A DNA stretch of 32,808 nucleotides, from the IMG/VR virus record IMGVR_UViG_3300036815_000072, positions 1 to 32,808 of that record. The stretch is one strand, 5' to 3'. The notes below the pieces were generated by a model, which was given only the letters and a program-made list of their open reading frames with translations, ran no database searches and was not told where the DNA came from. Position 1 is the stretch's first letter, and every line of letters starts with the position of its first letter. Shown piece by piece: positions 23,030 to 32,507 of the stretch. The position numbers were made by a program, and so were the translations under genes. This DNA comes from a virus. Its lineage: Duplodnaviria > Caudoviricetes.

Positions 23030-23818
23030 TCATTTGGTAGTGATCGTCACCCATTGCGAGTGACTTCCTGTTACACCTGGGCGTGCATAGATGCCCAGCT
23101 TGTATTCGTGCTTCATCTTCAGGTGACGGAAGACATAGCTGCCAGACCCATCAGTGGATTCAATCTCCACGTGGTCAAGGTGTGCGCCAGTGGGTACGTC
23201 GATCAGGTCGGCCCAGTAGCCGGTGACATCCTTGGCGCCAGACCAGGTAATGGTGGCGTTGGTGAACTTGGCGCTGGCATGCACCGACGTTGGCTGAGTG
23301 GCCATGCCGGGTGGCAGAGGCGGGGGTGCAAAGAAATTGTCCGCGAGTAGCGACTCGTCAAGTGACCGGCCGTGAGACACGTCAGTCCATTGCGTGGCAT
23401 CGGCGTCGGTGCCACCAATGCTGAAGCCACACGAGCTGGCGCCGCAGAAGTGCGCCGACTTCGTGTAGTGCGCAGACCAGACACGGTAGGTGCCACGGGC
23501 AAAGCCATTGGCCTGCATGGTCAGGTACAGGTGCCCTAGATTACTGGCCTGTGTGTAGATGACGGGCCGGTGAATGCCTCGCGCCTGCTGGCGCTTGAAC
23601 CACCCAAAGACCTGGCCAATAGTGGCATCGCCTGTTTCCACGTCAAGGCACGTGGCATCGCCACCGGCAAAGACAGAGATATCCAGCAGGTGTGCCTTCG
23701 GGAACTTGGCCTTGAGCGCACCGAAGTTGGCGAACCGGCCATTGACATATCCGGCATAGGCATAAGCACCAGGCGGAAGCAGGCTCAGGGTAACATCGTC
23801 ATACATGACGTTGGTCAT
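23030..23818 (-). CDS. endolysin (GH25-like muramidase + Fn3-like C-terminal domain)
   Basis: CLDVETGDA (DxE), PVIYT, VWSAHYT, DATQWT, LDES; Pro linker; beta-sandwich tail. Confidence 0.8.
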   Translation of the reverse strand: MTNVMYDDVTLSLLPPGAYAYAGYVNGRFANFGALKAKFPKAHLLDISVFAGGDATCLDVETGDATIGQVFGWFKRQQARGIHRPVIYTQASNLGHLYLTMQANGFARGTYRVWSAHYTKSAHFCGASSCGFSIGGTDADATQWTDVSHGRSLDESLLADNFFAPPPLPPGMATQPTSVHASAKFTNATITWSGAKDVTGYWADLIDVPTGAHLDHVEIESTDGSGSYVFRHLKMKHEYKLGIYARPGVTGSHSQWVTITTK

Positions 23819-23827
23819 GACTGCCTT

Positions 23828-24205
23828 TCAGAGTGTCACGTGACCGATAACCGTCCACCCCGCAGCGGGATAGGGGACGGTTGCCTCGGGGGTGTTCGCC
23901 CACATGGGGACGCCCTGATTGGTGAGCCAGACAGAACGGGCCACCATCGTTTCCCCAGTGCGGTCACTGGATAGCACGTCGCCAACGGTGATCGGTGCGA
24001 AGCCGGTAACCACGGTGATGGGCACCTGATCCGGGGGAGCGCTCAGGGTCCCCGTCATGGCCCCCGTGGGGTCAATGACGGCCGAGGCCGCCTGGACGCT
24101 GCCAGGCCCGAACAGGGCCAGGTGGTATCCGCCAGCGTCAATAGCGGCGACCTGAGCGACGAACAGGAATTGCTCTCCCGTTTGCAGGTCGGTGAGAACG
24201 GTCAT
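23828..24205 (-). CDS. hypothetical tail-associated protein
   Basis: TGATG overlap; lies between minor tail and lysin. Confidence 0.6.
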   Translation of the reverse strand: MTVLTDLQTGEQFLFVAQVAAIDAGGYHLALFGPGSVQAASAVIDPTGAMTGTLSAPPDQVPITVVTGFAPITVGDVLSSDRTGETMVARSVWLTNQGVPMWANTPEATVPYPAAGWTVIGHVTL

Positions 24206-24714
24206 CAGGCAATCCGCTGGACGGTCAGGAGCGAATTGGCCCGGACGGTGGTGATGGTACTCGTACTGCCAATCTGTGCCCAGCGGAACTTAAGCGTGCC
24301 GGCTGTGCCACCAACGATCACGATACCATTAATAGCCAGCCCCAGCGTGGAAGATACCCCGACTGTACCCCCTTGCACTACATCAGACCCAATCTGCGAA
24401 AGTGGGATAGTATACGTCTGTGACTGGTTCATGCGGCCAGGCATTGCATATTCCATCGCGTACCCGGAGGGACCAGACCAGGTAAACTGCATGCCACCAA
24501 GAGTGACGCTATTAAGGCCGTCGTAAAAGATCATGCCATCGAGACGATATGACGAGTTAGCCGCAAGTGCGATCTGCAAGTCAGGGTCATCAGCAATGGT
24601 GGTATTGGATGCCCGCCCCGTGTCCAGGGGCTTGATAACGGAGTCCACCACAAGCCAGTTGTTGACATCGCTGGCGGTAAGAATCTGGCCAGGTACCCAG
24701 GTAGGAGTGGGCAT
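24205..24714 (-). CDS. minor tail protein
   Basis: MPTPTWVPGQILTASDVN...GTAGTLKFRWAQ, typical of actinophage tail-tip proteins. Confidence 0.75.
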   Translation of the reverse strand: MPTPTWVPGQILTASDVNNWLVVDSVIKPLDTGRASNTTIADDPDLQIALAANSSYRLDGMIFYDGLNSVTLGGMQFTWSGPSGYAMEYAMPGRMNQSQTYTIPLSQIGSDVVQGGTVGVSSTLGLAINGIVIVGGTAGTLKFRWAQIGSTSTITTVRANSLLTVQRIA

Positions 24715-24723
24715 TAGTTCCCC

Positions 24724-26037
24724 TCAGAAGGTAAGCGCGTTATCGTTAAGGCGGCCCGTGACAGCGTTGTCCAGCGTGAAAAACGATCCGTACTTGCTGG
24801 CGTCCTGCAATGTCCACGTGGTCAGCCAGGTGGAATTAGTGGCATCAAAGGTGTGAGATACCCCGGAAATGAACCCGTCACGGGTGACCGCCGTCACGTT
24901 GGGGGGACGGCGCACGCCGGTAATCCGGTCACCCATGTCCCGGCCAAGCACCTGCGGCCACAAGTCGGTAGGCTGATACTGCGGATCAACCGTGATGGAA
25001 TCGAAACGGTCTTCGCCAGATTTGGCGATGTAAAGGACCCAGCCTGCCCAGTTCAGGGCGTCCACATCACCAGTGACAATCAGGTCACTGCGGCTGTAAG
25101 TGCGCGGGAACAGGTACATAGCAATTGATGCGGCGTCGGTAACCTCTTGCTGTGTCCCGCCAACCCGCGTGGCCTGGATATCATTACCGATCGTTGTGTC
25201 ATCGTCGGCCCGGCCAATGGTGGCACAGGGGAGTTCAGCGCCAGCAGGGTTGTCGCCAAAGGTGGCCTGCGAATTAACCGACCGCGACTCGTTGATCAGT
25301 GCTCGGCGGTTGCGGAACACCACCGCCCCGGAACCGTCAATGTAGACCTGGCCTAGTTCGGAATCCGACGCGAGGCGGATCAGGTCAAGGACAACGCCGT
25401 TAAAGGTGGTGGCCTGTAGTGGCGAATCCCCAGCGGCGATGATGCGGGCACCGCCCCCCTGGCCCGTGTACCAGTTGGCCGCGTTCAGAAGGCGGTTGAT
25501 CCGTGCGCCGGTCAGCTCCCCGGCACCGACAGCGGCCACGGCAGGCAGGGTGATCCCTGCCAGAATTTTGAATCCGTCAGTGGCGGATAGTGTCCAGATC
25601 GACTCTGGCCCTGCGAACGAGACAGCCGACTCCTGCCACGAGTCAGCGAACCCCCTGAAGATCGGGTACCGCACGTTGCCCCACACCGCCGAGATCCGGA
25701 CTGGCACCATGGCATGCACCTGGGAAACGCCACCGGATACGTATGGGCCTGACAGATTATCCGGGTCAAAGCGGCCATCGGAATTGTCAAGCATAATGCT
25801 CGCCGTACCGGCCTCAAATTGCAGCAACGGTCCCTGCACCCGCGAGGATGGGCGCGTAGTCGTGAAGCCCAGCACGTAGGCAGTAACGTCTGTCCACGTG
25901 TCAGCGGTCGCAAGGAAATCGGTGTCGAGAAGCCCAAAGGATGCATCGTTGAGCGTCATCGTGCCAGGACCGGAAACGGGCTGGCCCGCGACAAGTGCGA
26001 CCTCAACAATGATCTGCGGCAGGACGGGTGTGGCCAT
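24724..26037 (-). CDS. minor tail (baseplate hub-like) protein
   Basis: Follows tape measure; AGTASIMLDNSDGRFDP, YIDGSGAVVFRNR, DMGDRI. Confidence 0.8.
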   Translation of the reverse strand: MATPVLPQIIVEVALVAGQPVSGPGTMTLNDASFGLLDTDFLATADTWTDVTAYVLGFTTTRPSSRVQGPLLQFEAGTASIMLDNSDGRFDPDNLSGPYVSGGVSQVHAMVPVRISAVWGNVRYPIFRGFADSWQESAVSFAGPESIWTLSATDGFKILAGITLPAVAAVGAGELTGARINRLLNAANWYTGQGGGARIIAAGDSPLQATTFNGVVLDLIRLASDSELGQVYIDGSGAVVFRNRRALINESRSVNSQATFGDNPAGAELPCATIGRADDDTTIGNDIQATRVGGTQQEVTDAASIAMYLFPRTYSRSDLIVTGDVDALNWAGWVLYIAKSGEDRFDSITVDPQYQPTDLWPQVLGRDMGDRITGVRRPPNVTAVTRDGFISGVSHTFDATNSTWLTTWTLQDASKYGSFFTLDNAVTGRLNDNALTF

Positions 26038-29000
26038 CAGGAGCGCCAGCCCTTCCCAGACCTCTGCTCATACTTGCGGATGGCATGCACCACTTCACGG
26101 CCCACGTCCGCGGGATGTGCGAGCGGCGCCGCAGTGACGTTGATGTAATACGTGGTGCCGCCGCCGCCGCCGCCAGCAGGACTCACATACTCAGGACCCA
26201 GCTCGCCAAAGGCGTAGCCGTGGCCACTGCGCAGACCCCTGCCGATGATGGGCTCATTGATCCATCCGCCCTTGCCGTACCAATTGAAAGCCAATTCGTG
26301 ATTTTCCGCGGCAGCGGGTGAACCGTAACGGCCCCTGATGTAATTCAATCCCCAGATGATCTGATTCTTGTAGTCACCCAGGTTATAAGGATGGCCATGC
26401 CCTAGGCTCTGCGGAATCCCGTAGGCGCCAGAAGAGCGATTGACCGCCCAAGCGTCCCAGCCGCTTTCCTGATTCCACAACGGGATAAGGGAGTTCATCT
26501 GAGACGATCCCCACCCATAGGCGCCCATAAGTGAGCGCGCGAATGCCTGCGCCACGGCGGCCGAATGGGTACGTGCCCCGGAGTCGGCGCCGACTCGCAT
26601 CATGGCCGCGCCAGCGGTCTGTATCTGGTGCGTAAGTGCCTTCAGGGTAGATTCCGTCAGGGATTTGAGGATGCTACTCATCCCCGGCGCTACGCCCGGT
26701 ATGCTGCCCAGCATCCCGGTAATGGCACCGAAAGCTTTATTCTCAATCCAGGCGAATGGATGAGAGAGCCAGCCCAGGACATTACTGCCCAGGTGCTTAA
26801 GAGCCGAAATTGGGTTGGGGATGCCACCGGCAGCGTAACCCGGCACTCCAACGGCGCTGAATGCCGGTGCGAGTTGCTGTGAATGTGCAGCGGAGACAAC
26901 GGTCTCACCCTTGCTGACACGGGCCAGCACGTCATCCGACTTGGGGCCACTGCCTACGGTGACCCTGCCACCTTCGGCCATGTGCGCAATAGGCAGCTTG
27001 AGGCTTCCTAGCCCAACGATGCCCGAAATCTTGTTCCAGATGCCAGCCAGACGATCCCAGACGTTATTTACCACCCATGCGACAGGTGTGCGGAAAGCGC
27101 CTTCAATGCCATGAATGGCAGAAGCGACACCGCTAACAGCTACCTTGGTGATACGCTTTACATCGTTCCACATGGTGTCCCATACGCTGGCCACGGAATG
27201 ACGCAACGTATCGAAGTTGGTCGCTATCTGATGCCAGAAGTTCCGTAGGGTAGCCATGCCGTTACTAATGCCATCGTGAAGGCGAAGTCCAATGTCTCCC
27301 CACAGATGATCCCAAATACTGGCAACGTCGTGACGGAGACCATCAAAGATGTGCGCAATAGTACGCCTGAAGCCGGTTGTTAGCCCAATCTCGTTGAGGA
27401 AAGCCTCTGCGAGGCGCCTGCCTATAGCATTCCAGAATGTGTCCCAAATATGAGACACGTCATGGCGAATGCCGTCGAAAGTGTGGGTAGTCTTATCCCA
27501 GAACTGGCGATACCGGCCACCGATACCACCCAAGACAGACCCTAGCTCTCTTCCAACTGCATCCCAGGTACTATTCCAGATATGTGCTACGTCATGACGT
27601 ATTCCATCGAAAACCGAAGAAATATCGTGACGCACCTTATCGAAGATGCTAGCTACATCATGACCAAACTTTTGCAGGCTAACAAAGCCTGCACTTACCA
27701 TGTTCCCCAAGGTGGCGAAGAAATTGCGGAAGTTATCGCCCAGCGCACGAACCGCATTATGCAATGCTTTCCAGTTGCCCGTTAGCAGCGCGCCGATGAT
27801 CCGGCCGATGTCATAGAAGATCTTACCGACATCTATAACGGCATGACCAAGCATCACCATTTCGCGGGCGATGTAGGTTGCCACCACGCCGATACCAACG
27901 AGAGTACCAGAGAGGGCCAGGATGACAGCCTTGAACACAATGGCCGAGGCTTTCATGCCAGGACCCATTACCTTGATGAACGGGACGAGGCCATCGGTGA
28001 TCAGCAGGACAAGTGCGCCGGTCATTGTCTTGAGCGCGCCTGACTTGACCATGGTATTCATGGCCTGCGTGAATGCAGGGATTAGCGCCTTACCGCCCTG
28101 CTCAAGAATGATCATGAAGGCTTTGAGGAACGGCAACGATGCCTTGAACATCGCAGACAGCGCAGGCCCCATCGCCTTTAGCCAAACGCCAAACTGCTTG
28201 AAGATATCACCAAGCGGCCCCATCATGGTCCGCAACGGGGCGATAAGGTTCTGCCCGAGTCCCTTAAGGCTCTGCTGAAAAGCCAAAAATGGCTGATAGA
28301 AGGCAGAGTCCTTATTGAACTGCTTATTTGCCGCTGCCAGGCTTTGCTGATCGAGTGCCTTGGTTGGCCCCGTGGCGGTCTTCAGCGCCGTCTGAAGCTG
28401 AGTGATGTTTGACGTGTCGATCTTGAGGGCCTTATTGCCCGAAGAGGCACCGTAGACACCACCAAGAATGCCGCCAGCGCCGACGAGGCCACCGATGCCA
28501 AACCCCGTGACGGCTGGCAGCAGGGCCGCCAGAAGCGAAGCCAGCGACCCGTAAAGGGCTGGGCCACCAGAGGCTAGCCCCTGGCCCACGCCACCCGAGA
28601 GGCCACCCGAGAGGACGCCCCCGCCACCGCCCCCACCAGAATCCTTGGAGCCACCGCCGAAGATGCCCTTAGTGGCCGCAGTCTCAAGCTTGGCCAGCCA
28701 GCCACCATTGGCCTGGTCTAGCGTCTCCTTGATCTTTACATCCACGGTCTTGTTATGGATGCTGTCCAGCAGAAGCTTGGCCTTAATGAGCTGCGACTCA
28801 AACTTGGCGTAGTCCTTAAGCTTAAGGTCAGGTTCGGCTGTCATTTCACTAAGCTTGAGGATCTTCGCCTTGATGTCGAGAAGGGTTGCCTTAGTCTTCT
28901 CGTCACCCTTGGTCTCAAAGACAACCTCGGCGTGCTCGTGATTAAGAATCTGAATCTTAAGCTTGAGATCCTTAAGCTTGGCCTGTGCCTGGGTATCGTC

Positions 29001-29132
29001 AACCTTCGGCTCTAGCCCCTTGGCGAACTCCGCATGAAGAGCAACGGCCCTTTGGGCAAGCTCGTCAAGGCTGGCCTTAGCCTTTTCCGTGCCAGAGGTG
29101 AGGATGTTCATTCTGACATAGCGCTCAGCCAT
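26037..29132 (-). CDS. tape measure protein with C-terminal lytic-transglycosylase-like domain
   Basis: 1031 aa; 11-residue FDxxRHDVxxxW repeats; LWNQESGW...SSGAYGIPQSL...QIIWGLNYIRGRYGSP. Confidence 0.92.
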   Translation of the reverse strand: MAERYVRMNILTSGTEKAKASLDELAQRAVALHAEFAKGLEPKVDDTQAQAKLKDLKLKIQILNHEHAEVVFETKGDEKTKATLLDIKAKILKLSEMTAEPDLKLKDYAKFESQLIKAKLLLDSIHNKTVDVKIKETLDQANGGWLAKLETAATKGIFGGGSKDSGGGGGGGVLSGGLSGGVGQGLASGGPALYGSLASLLAALLPAVTGFGIGGLVGAGGILGGVYGASSGNKALKIDTSNITQLQTALKTATGPTKALDQQSLAAANKQFNKDSAFYQPFLAFQQSLKGLGQNLIAPLRTMMGPLGDIFKQFGVWLKAMGPALSAMFKASLPFLKAFMIILEQGGKALIPAFTQAMNTMVKSGALKTMTGALVLLITDGLVPFIKVMGPGMKASAIVFKAVILALSGTLVGIGVVATYIAREMVMLGHAVIDVGKIFYDIGRIIGALLTGNWKALHNAVRALGDNFRNFFATLGNMVSAGFVSLQKFGHDVASIFDKVRHDISSVFDGIRHDVAHIWNSTWDAVGRELGSVLGGIGGRYRQFWDKTTHTFDGIRHDVSHIWDTFWNAIGRRLAEAFLNEIGLTTGFRRTIAHIFDGLRHDVASIWDHLWGDIGLRLHDGISNGMATLRNFWHQIATNFDTLRHSVASVWDTMWNDVKRITKVAVSGVASAIHGIEGAFRTPVAWVVNNVWDRLAGIWNKISGIVGLGSLKLPIAHMAEGGRVTVGSGPKSDDVLARVSKGETVVSAAHSQQLAPAFSAVGVPGYAAGGIPNPISALKHLGSNVLGWLSHPFAWIENKAFGAITGMLGSIPGVAPGMSSILKSLTESTLKALTHQIQTAGAAMMRVGADSGARTHSAAVAQAFARSLMGAYGWGSSQMNSLIPLWNQESGWDAWAVNRSSGAYGIPQSLGHGHPYNLGDYKNQIIWGLNYIRGRYGSPAAAENHELAFNWYGKGGWINEPIIGRGLRSGHGYAFGELGPEYVSPAGGGGGGTTYYINVTAAPLAHPADVGREVVHAIRKYEQRSGKGWRS

Positions 29133-29135
29133 GAC

Positions 29136-29363
29136 TCACCCTCCCATCGCTTCCCAGCGCTTTTTCTCGCGCTCCCAGTAGGCGTCTATCTGTATGACGT
29201 AGTTGCAAAAGTCCCCATAACGCAAAGCGTCCACTTGACGTGCGTCCATATGACAGACGTGCGCGAGATCAAACAGGTACTCGCTTCTCAGTTTGTCCGG
29301 ATCGCCGTCAAGCAGACGCTTCTCATTTACACCGGGGAGCTTTCCGTGCTCTCCGCTTTTGGG
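29136..29363 (-). CDS. tail assembly chaperone, -1 frameshift extension (G-T type)
   Basis: Slippery C CCA AAA at 29357-29363; -1 frame open to TGA 29136-29138, 3 bp before the tape measure ATG. Confidence 0.8.
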   Translation of the reverse strand, partial: PKSGEHGKLPGVNEKRLLDGDPDKLRSEYLFDLAHVCHMDARQVDALRYGDFCNYVIQIDAYWEREKKRWEAMGG

Positions 29364-29647
29364 TCAGCCTCGGTTCCCGCGGCCTCGTCAATAGCGCGGG
29401 CAAACTTCACGATCTTGAAATCAATGCGGTCAATGTCTGCCGCAGGCTCACCGTTCTGGCACAGCATGAGCCAGAACACGGCACGCAGTGCATCGGGGTC
29501 ACCCTTGGTGAGCCCATCCTCAAGACCCATGAGAGTCAGCCCGCAACTGGACTTCATGGTCCTGGCCTGAGCCACGGTGATCTCTTCCAGGTCAAAGGTG
29601 TATTCTTTGCCTTCGTACTTCACGTGCATTACGGGAGTTGAGTCCAT
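29327..29647 (-). CDS. tail assembly chaperone
   Basis: 106 aa, upstream of tape measure, carries the slippery site. Confidence 0.8.
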   Translation of the reverse strand: MDSTPVMHVKYEGKEYTFDLEEITVAQARTMKSSCGLTLMGLEDGLTKGDPDALRAVFWLMLCQNGEPAADIDRIDFKIVKFARAIDEAAGTEADPKAESTESSPV

Positions 29648-29661
29648 TGCCTCATGCCTCT

Positions 29662-30153
29662 CTAGGGACGGTCGGTGCCAATCTCTTTAGCCCAGTCGTC
29701 AATGATGTTTGCGAATGCTTCTGCTGCCCGGTCCCCGGCCCGTTCCGCTCCCTCTTCTAGGAAGGGGCGGTACGGCTGCGGTGCCCAGTGCCAGTGGGCA
29801 CGCGGGCCACGGGCAAACACGGGGTGCCATACCGGGGGATTGCTTGGCGGATCGAACGGGTAAGCGTTCGGTGCCGTAGGCCCACCGCCAAGGATGTAGA
29901 CAGACTTGTGATCGCTCTTGACATGCAGGCTCATGGGGATGCGCTTTGAGAATCCGTCTGAGATCATGCGGCACTCTTCAGCGATGATTTCCCCTGCCTC
30001 TTTGAGGCGCTTTATCATCTGGTCAGTCATCTGCTGGCTACTGCCCTGTGCCAGTTGGCCGAGAGGTGGCGTGACCTTCATGGAGACAGGGCGCGCGTTA
30101 CCTGACGGCCGGTGGGCGAAGTGACTCACACTGCTGCGCTTGTAACGCCTCAT
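29662..30153 (-). CDS. HK97 gp10-like tail completion protein (start uncertain)
   Basis: LKEAGEIIAEE...HPVFARG...QPYRPFLEEGA. Confidence 0.6.
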   Translation of the reverse strand: MRRYKRSSVSHFAHRPSGNARPVSMKVTPPLGQLAQGSSQQMTDQMIKRLKEAGEIIAEECRMISDGFSKRIPMSLHVKSDHKSVYILGGGPTAPNAYPFDPPSNPPVWHPVFARGPRAHWHWAPQPYRPFLEEGAERAGDRAAEAFANIIDDWAKEIGTDRP

Positions 30154-30340
30154 TCAGACCCCCCGTGTAAGACACAGGGCGGCTTTTGGGGGCACCCCTG
30201 GTGTGACGGGATGGGTCCAGGTCCCCAAGCCCTTAGATTCCTTACAGAGGCCGTGCCGCTGGCCCGTCCAGTCGCTCTCTGCTATGAAACGGAGTGATGC
30301 CAGCCCGCTAGTAGCGCCGCGACTCGCACGCGGCCTCTGG

Positions 30341-30679
30341 TCAGTTGAGCTTGCGCTTTGCGTTGACCGCCGAAGGCGTGTCAAACTCGCCGGTACTCTT
30401 CTCGTCGCCCACGGCTCCGTAAACGGTGAGGCTGTAGGACGGCGAAACCTGAGCGCCGCCGTCGTTAGCGGTCAGGGTGAAAGTGAACCTGCCGGTAACG
30501 GTCGGGGTGCCAACCAGGCGCGGGTCCGTAGAGGTCGATACGGTAACGCCAGCCGGGAGCGCGCCAGTGTTCACGCCAATGGCCGTCACGGCGGCACCGG
30601 CTGTCATGGCAAGCCCCGCCTCATAGGGGACGCCAAGGAACGCGGGTGGGAGGGTGACCGTCTTCCAGACAATAGCCAT
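30341..30679 (-). CDS. Ig-like domain virion protein (paralog B)
   Basis: LPPAFLGVPY...GALPAGVT...LVGTPT..GRFTFTLTAND. Confidence 0.75.
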   Translation of the reverse strand: MAIVWKTVTLPPAFLGVPYEAGLAMTAGAAVTAIGVNTGALPAGVTVSTSTDPRLVGTPTVTGRFTFTLTANDGGAQVSPSYSLTVYGAVGDEKSTGEFDTPSAVNAKRKLN

Positions 30680-30693
30680 GGGAGTCCTATCCT

Positions 30694-31080
30694 TTAGTTC
30701 AGGCCATCAAGCGGGCCACGCCCACCAGTAATGGTTTGATCCTGCGGAGACTGAAGCAGGTTGAGCGTGTAAGTGCCCGAGACAACCGCGCCAGCGGTGT
30801 CAGTGGCCGACACAGTAAAGGTGTAAGCGCCAAGGCCCGACTTGGGAGTATTGCCGGAAGACGCGGTACCAACAGGGGTGCCGGAAATCCGCAGTGACCC
30901 AGGCGCAGCGCCAACGGTGTCCAGGGCCAGTCCAGCGGGAAGGCCGGTAAGTGCGCCGCCAGCCACGATTGACTGCGCGGTGACAGGAGTTGCGGCTGCC
31001 TTGTACCCAATAGATGCCTCATAGGGAACACCGAGATAGGCAGGCGGCAGGGCGACAGTGGTGTAAACGATATCAGCCAT
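30694..31080 (-). CDS. Ig-like domain virion protein (paralog A)
   Basis: LPPAYLGVPY...GLPAGLAL...ISGTP...GAYTFTVSATD. Confidence 0.75.
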   Translation of the reverse strand: MADIVYTTVALPPAYLGVPYEASIGYKAAATPVTAQSIVAGGALTGLPAGLALDTVGAAPGSLRISGTPVGTASSGNTPKSGLGAYTFTVSATDTAGAVVSGTYTLNLLQSPQDQTITGGRGPLDGLN

Positions 31081-31229
31081 TACTCAAGATTCCTTTTTCT
31101 GGCCTGCTCTTCGGGTGTTAGATCGGAATGATCAACGTACCTGACCACTTCCCTGACAACTTCCCTGACCACGACTTTCGGCTCAGGTGCAGGTGCATCC
31201 TTGGGTGCGGGTGCTTTTGAAGTAGCCAT
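31080..31229 (-). CDS. small protein (49 aa)
   Basis: Manual translation MATSKAPAPKDAPAPEPKVVVREVVREVVRYVDHSDLTPEEQARKRNLE; TGATG and TAATG overlaps at both ends. Confidence 0.65.
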   Translation of the reverse strand: MATSKAPAPKDAPAPEPKVVVREVVREVVRYVDHSDLTPEEQARKRNLE

Positions 31230-32326
31230 CAGAGAGTCGTATCCTCAGTCTGGTAGGTGACCTGAATGGGCGTGGTTGCCTCATCGTCCAGGCCGGTGAA
31301 TGCCACGGTCTGGCTAACGAGCTGCGGCCCGGCCACCTTGGGCGATTCGCCGTCAAGCTTGATATTCGGCACGATGATGTCAAACAGGTAATTGGAAGTG
31401 CTTACCGTTGCGCCGGTCAGGGTAATCTGAAGGCTTGTCGTGGTGTCCGCGGCGAAAGCGTTATACATCGCCTCGCTTGAAAGCCAGTCCACCATGAGCT
31501 GACCAGTGATAGAGCGGAAGCCGTTTTCAAGCTGCTCTGCCTTGAAGCCAGCACTGCCCAGGAAGTAGCGCCCAGTGTCCAGGGAAACGGCCTGCTTGAC
31601 GCTCGCGCTCTGCACGTTCGCTGCGGCGGTAGCACCGACAAGGGAAACGACGCCGGATGCAACGGTCGGCGTACCGCCCGTGAAGATGGTTGCCTGACGG
31701 AAATGGAACTCAGACAGGCCGAGCCCCGTACCGGGAACCGTGTTGAACGTAGCGAGTGGGGGAACCGAGCCGTTCAGCGGGTCAGAGTTACCAGCGCCAG
31801 CCAGCTCATTCCGGCCGTCAATATTGATGGTGAGCTGAGCCAGAGCGCCAGTCGAGACCGCGACTTCCCAATCAGTGAGCTTGACGCCCACATACGTCAG
31901 GGGCTCTACGACGCCACCGTCAACGGTGGAAACGCCCTTCTGGAAACACAGCGAGTGCCCCTGTAGGCCAGGCGACGTGGGCCAGTGAACCGACTTGTAG
32001 ATGCCAGTGACGCCTATCTGTGTAGGCGTGGCCCCCGCATAGCCGTATGAGCCGACCATGGCCTGAATCAGGTTGCCAATGAACCTGGTTTGCAGGTCCA
32101 TGACGAAGCCACCGTTGACATCGTAGTTGGTCAGCACGCGCCGCTTGGCGCGGTCATAGAGACCGCCAGCATGAAGCCCCTGACCCTGAACGGTGGTCTT
32201 CACCATTTCAAGAGTCTCGCTCCTGATTTCAAGAGCCTCGTTCGTGCTCAGTGCGGCAGGAACAACACCAAAGGTTGTCTCAGGCTTATAGATAAGCTGA
32301 GTTCCGATACCAGAGGCGACAGCCAT
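31229..32326 (-). CDS. major tail tube protein
   Basis: 365 aa; GIGTQL..KPETTFG, FQKG, YVGVKL..WE, RSITGQL; position upstream of chaperone and tape measure. Confidence 0.85.
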   Translation of the reverse strand: MAVASGIGTQLIYKPETTFGVVPAALSTNEALEIRSETLEMVKTTVQGQGLHAGGLYDRAKRRVLTNYDVNGGFVMDLQTRFIGNLIQAMVGSYGYAGATPTQIGVTGIYKSVHWPTSPGLQGHSLCFQKGVSTVDGGVVEPLTYVGVKLTDWEVAVSTGALAQLTINIDGRNELAGAGNSDPLNGSVPPLATFNTVPGTGLGLSEFHFRQATIFTGGTPTVASGVVSLVGATAAANVQSASVKQAVSLDTGRYFLGSAGFKAEQLENGFRSITGQLMVDWLSSEAMYNAFAADTTTSLQITLTGATVSTSNYLFDIIVPNIKLDGESPKVAGPQLVSQTVAFTGLDDEATTPIQVTYQTEDTTL

Positions 32327-32499
32327 TACTTGCTCCCCTTCAGGGGCGGCGCCCCATCATCTTCAAGGCGGGAAACATCGGCGGCGTCAGACGCGGGCAC
32401 TTCGTCAAAAAACGCCTTGTCATAGATCACGCCGTCAGGCACTTCCAGCTCGTCACCCGGCACGAAGTTGCCGAACGTTTCTTTGCACTTGAGTTTCAC
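32326..32499 (-). CDS. small hypothetical virion-region protein
   Basis: GTG start, VKLKCKETFGNFVPGDELEVPD; TAATG overlap. Confidence 0.55.
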   Translation of the reverse strand: MKLKCKETFGNFVPGDELEVPDGVIYDKAFFDEVPASDAADVSRLEDDGAPPLKGSK

Positions 32500-32507
32500 G
32501 GTTGTCC

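Noticed and set aside
27100-27700. Periodic DNA similarity within the tape measure gene as a DGR or array
   Set aside because: Reflects ordinary 11-residue tape measure repeats; no reverse transcriptase present.
31141-31172. 12-bp tandem repeat CTGAC(C/A)ACTTCC resembling the operator
   Set aside because: Explained as coding for VVREVVREVVR in the 31080-31229 ORF; match to the 15-mer is only partial.
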